From a virus (taxonomy: Duplodnaviria > Caudoviricetes), in IMG/VR virus record IMGVR_UViG_3300025655_000043, positions 1 through 56,634 of that record: DNA of 56,634 nucleotides; one strand, 5' to 3'. Both the position numbers and the translations under genes were made by a program. This document shows, in pieces, positions 54,390 through 56,634 of the stretch (positions are counted from its first letter, which is position 1; each line of letters starts with the position of its first letter). Under the pieces are notes generated by a model. It did not search any database and had not been told where the DNA came from. It saw only the letters and a list, made by a program, of their open reading frames with translations.

Positions 54390-56634
54390 AGTTGACAAAG
54401 ACAGTCTCCCTTTGGACAAGCCTCGGCGCACACCGAGCCACCCAACCAAGTCGCACATTGTCAAGACGAAGATCGACGGGAAGGAAAAGATCCTGCGCTT
54501 CGGCGAGCAAGGAGCCGAGACCGCAGGCAAGCCCAAGGCAGGCGAGTCTGAACGCATGAAAAACAAACGCGCCTCATTCAAGTCACGCCATGCCAAGAAC
54601 ATCGCCAAAGGCAAGAGCAGTCCCGCATACTGGGCCAACAAAGTCAAGTGGGCTGACGGCGGCGAGGTGAAGGGCATGGCTCCCGGAGGCGGTTGGGGGA
54701 CGATGGCCGAGGCCAACAAAGCTGCTGCGGCGAAGGACAAGGAAAAGCAGGCTCGCGCAGAAGCGGCTGCGTCGATGAAAGCTGCAGGCGTCACCGGAAT
54801 CGGAGGTGGTGCGAAACCCGCTGATCGTCAAGGGCCAATGACGATGGAGACCGTGCGGGGCGACTCGCCCGGAATGCTTGAGGTGATCGACCGCACCGTC
54901 TTCGACGACACGCCGACCATAACGCCGACCATAACGCCGACCATAACGCCGACCCCTGTGAACGTCAACGTGGCGCAGCCTTCGCAGCCGATGGGATTTT
55001 TAGAAACACTCAAGTCAATCCCCTCAGGCATCGCCAACGATCTGAAGATGGGTTGGCAAGCTGGCATGTTCCGTGGCCGCGACACGCAGCGTGAGAACTT
55101 GATGAACGCCGGTTATAACCCCGCGCAGATTCAAGACTACTTTGCACGCACAGACGCGACGCTGGCTCGGAACGCTGCTGAAGCCGCCATGCGCCAAGAT
55201 CGAGGCGACACGCCTCCGCAGAACCCGATGGACAAATATTCAGAACTGGCCAAGGGTTTCGCGCAGGAGTACAACATCGTTGGACGCAACCGTTCTCAGC
55301 TGATGCCGTTGTTGGAGAACTTCCTGCGCTCACGCGGAATCTTTCAGCCAACAGATTACAGCGACAAGATCTTCGAGGTTCTTTCTGTGCCGATGCAGCA
55401 AGGCGGCTCTGTGAACCTCGAAGACATGTATCAGAAGTACGAACAAGGCGGCAAGGTTCGCGGCTCGTTGCTCGAAGGGTTCATGGCTGAGTTGAATCGT
55501 CTGCGTTCGCTGCAGCGCAAGCAAGACGCGCAAGAGTTCCGCGTGGACACGGCTGAGACGCCTGCCTCGCGCAGCCCGACGCGTCCGCCGCCGCGACCGA
55601 CAACAACCGCCGCCGTGCCGACTGGCGAAACTGTTGCGCTCACCGGAGACGTTTACCGCGACACAGCTGTGATGCTCGCTGAACGGTACGGTCTGCCGCC
55701 GAATGTGTTCGTGTCGTTAATTCAAAACGAAAGCGCATACAACCCCAACGCTCGCAGCCCCAAGGGTGCGATTGGTTTGGCGCAGTTGATGCCTGGAACG
55801 GCTCGTGACTTGGGCGTCGACCCGACGGATTGGCGACAGAACCTCGAAGGCGGCGCACGTTACTTGCGCCAGCAGTGGGACGAGTTCGGTTCATTGCCTC
55901 TCGCATTGGCGGCGTACAACGCTGGTCCAGGCAACGTCCGCAAGCACAATGGCATTCCGCCGTTCCGCGAGACGCAGAACTACGTCACGAGTGTGTTGCG
56001 CGACGCAGGCGTTCCTGGATACGCCGAAGGCGGTGCTGTGAAGGGTTACGAAGCTGGCGGACTGAAGGACATTGCACGCTCTGTCCTCGGTCAAGGTCTT
56101 GGGTTAGGCTGGGGTGACGAGGGCGAGGCTTGGTTGCGGTCTAAACTTGGCGATGAGCGTTATGAAGACGCGCTCGCCGAAATTCAAGCATCGAACCGCG
56201 CCTATGCCGAAAACAACCCGATCGGCTCAATCGTTGGTGAGGTTGCTGGAGGGTTGATCCCGACAGCGGCGGCATATCTTGCAACGCCGTTCACGGGTGG
56301 CGCAGCAGCACCCGCCGCCGCCGCGACCACGGCTCGCATGGGCATGTTGGCTCCACGGATTGCAGCGCAGTTGCCTAACTGGATGAAAGGCGCAGCGATC
56401 GGTGCAGGCGAAGGCGCGATTGCAGGAGCAGGGATGGCTGACCAAGGAGAGTCTCGCGCAGAAGGCGCAGCCATGGGAGCCGCGATTGGCGCACCGCTCG
56501 GCGCAGTAGCACCAGTTGCGATCGACGCCGTTCAAGGCGCATTGGACCGCAGAGCGATCCGCCGTGCAGCTTCGCAGGTGCCGGACGATTCGGCTTACGC
56601 TGCTTTGCGTCGGCGCATGGAGGAAGAAGGCTCG
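54379..56634 (+). CDS. N-terminal part of 1,209-aa modular virion polyprotein (continues at window start to stop at 1664)
   Basis: Manual translation is open from ATG 54379 to the window end; absent from the ORF track because no stop is reached. Modules are separated by WADGG/MAPGG, MQQGG/YEQGG and YAEGG/YEAGG. Confidence 0.9.
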   Translation, partial: MPPKVDKDSLPLDKPRRTPSHPTKSHIVKTKIDGKEKILRFGEQGAETAGKPKAGESERMKNKRASFKSRHAKNIAKGKSSPAYWANKVKWADGGEVKGMAPGGGWGTMAEANKAAAAKDKEKQARAEAAASMKAAGVTGIGGGAKPADRQGPMTMETVRGDSPGMLEVIDRTVFDDTPTITPTITPTITPTPVNVNVAQPSQPMGFLETLKSIPSGIANDLKMGWQAGMFRGRDTQRENLMNAGYNPAQIQDYFARTDATLARNAAEAAMRQDRGDTPPQNPMDKYSELAKGFAQEYNIVGRNRSQLMPLLENFLRSRGIFQPTDYSDKIFEVLSVPMQQGGSVNLEDMYQKYEQGGKVRGSLLEGFMAELNRLRSLQRKQDAQEFRVDTAETPASRSPTRPPPRPTTTAAVPTGETVALTGDVYRDTAVMLAERYGLPPNVFVSLIQNESAYNPNARSPKGAIGLAQLMPGTARDLGVDPTDWRQNLEGGARYLRQQWDEFGSLPLALAAYNAGPGNVRKHNGIPPFRETQNYVTSVLRDAGVPGYAEGGAVKGYEAGGLKDIARSVLGQGLGLGWGDEGEAWLRSKLGDERYEDALAEIQASNRAYAENNPIGSIVGEVAGGLIPTAAAYLATPFTGGAAAPAAAATTARMGMLAPRIAAQLPNWMKGAAIGAGEGAIAGAGMADQGESRAEGAAMGAAIGAPLGAVAPVAIDAVQGALDRRAIRRAASQVPDDSAYAALRRRMEEEGS
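54910..54954 (+). repeat. Perfect 12-bp tandem repeat (ACGCCGACCATA) x3.75 encoding TPTI
   Basis: Directly visible. Confidence 0.95.
55650..56010 (+). other. Soluble lytic transglycosylase (SLT) domain within the polyprotein
   Basis: [28 protein letters not shown]...GARYL...[11 protein letters not shown]...[11 protein letters not shown]. Confidence 0.92.
56345..56634. repeat. Right copy of 290-bp terminal overlap
   Basis: See 1-290. Confidence 0.97.

Noticed and set aside
56345-56634. Genuine direct terminal repeat of the virion DNA
   Set aside because: It falls mid-gene and has mismatches; better explained as assembly overlap of a circular or permuted genome.
1-56634. Stop-codon reassignment, tRNA genes, introns or inteins
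   Set aside because: Genes tile densely in the standard code; TerL, DnaE and helicase are uninterrupted and of normal or compact size; no cloverleaf seen in the short gaps.

Overview
This is an apparently complete, circularly closed genome of a tailed dsDNA phage (Caudoviricetes). Bases 1-290 repeat at 56345-56634 with 2 synonymous mismatches, giving a 56,344-bp unit genome. No integrase, repressor, tRNA or CRISPR array was seen, so it is probably lytic. The + strand virion arm runs TerS, TerL, a 1,209-aa origin-spanning protein that the ORF track misses, portal, GroES-like protein, major capsid, adaptors, a tail-fibre cassette, holin and lysozyme, tail nozzle, GNAT and four ejection-type proteins, which is a podovirus-like layout. 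A convergent - strand arm carries a family-C (DnaE-type) polymerase, a separate proofreading exonuclease, an SNF2 helicase and a nucleotide-metabolism operon. A short + strand block ends in a primase-helicase. Two candidate new systems stand out. (1) About 19 copies of a [M/Y/L/W]-x-x-G-G motif sit at module boundaries in four putative capsid-internal proteins. One copy directly precedes a duplicate of the N-terminus of a separate ejection protein, and the genome also encodes a stand-alone C39-like Cys-His-Asp peptidase candidate. This suggests double-glycine-processed polyproteins that deliver cargo. (2) A tightly linked operon of variant ThyX, HAD phosphatase, MazG/Nmad1-like protein, SDR, VOC enzyme, exonuclease and DnaE, plus a flavoprotein, could make a non-canonical DNA base. 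It coincides with a context-dependent depletion of GGCC and CCSGG sites. Product calls come from motif recognition by eye, no database searches were run, and motif counts are manual tallies.
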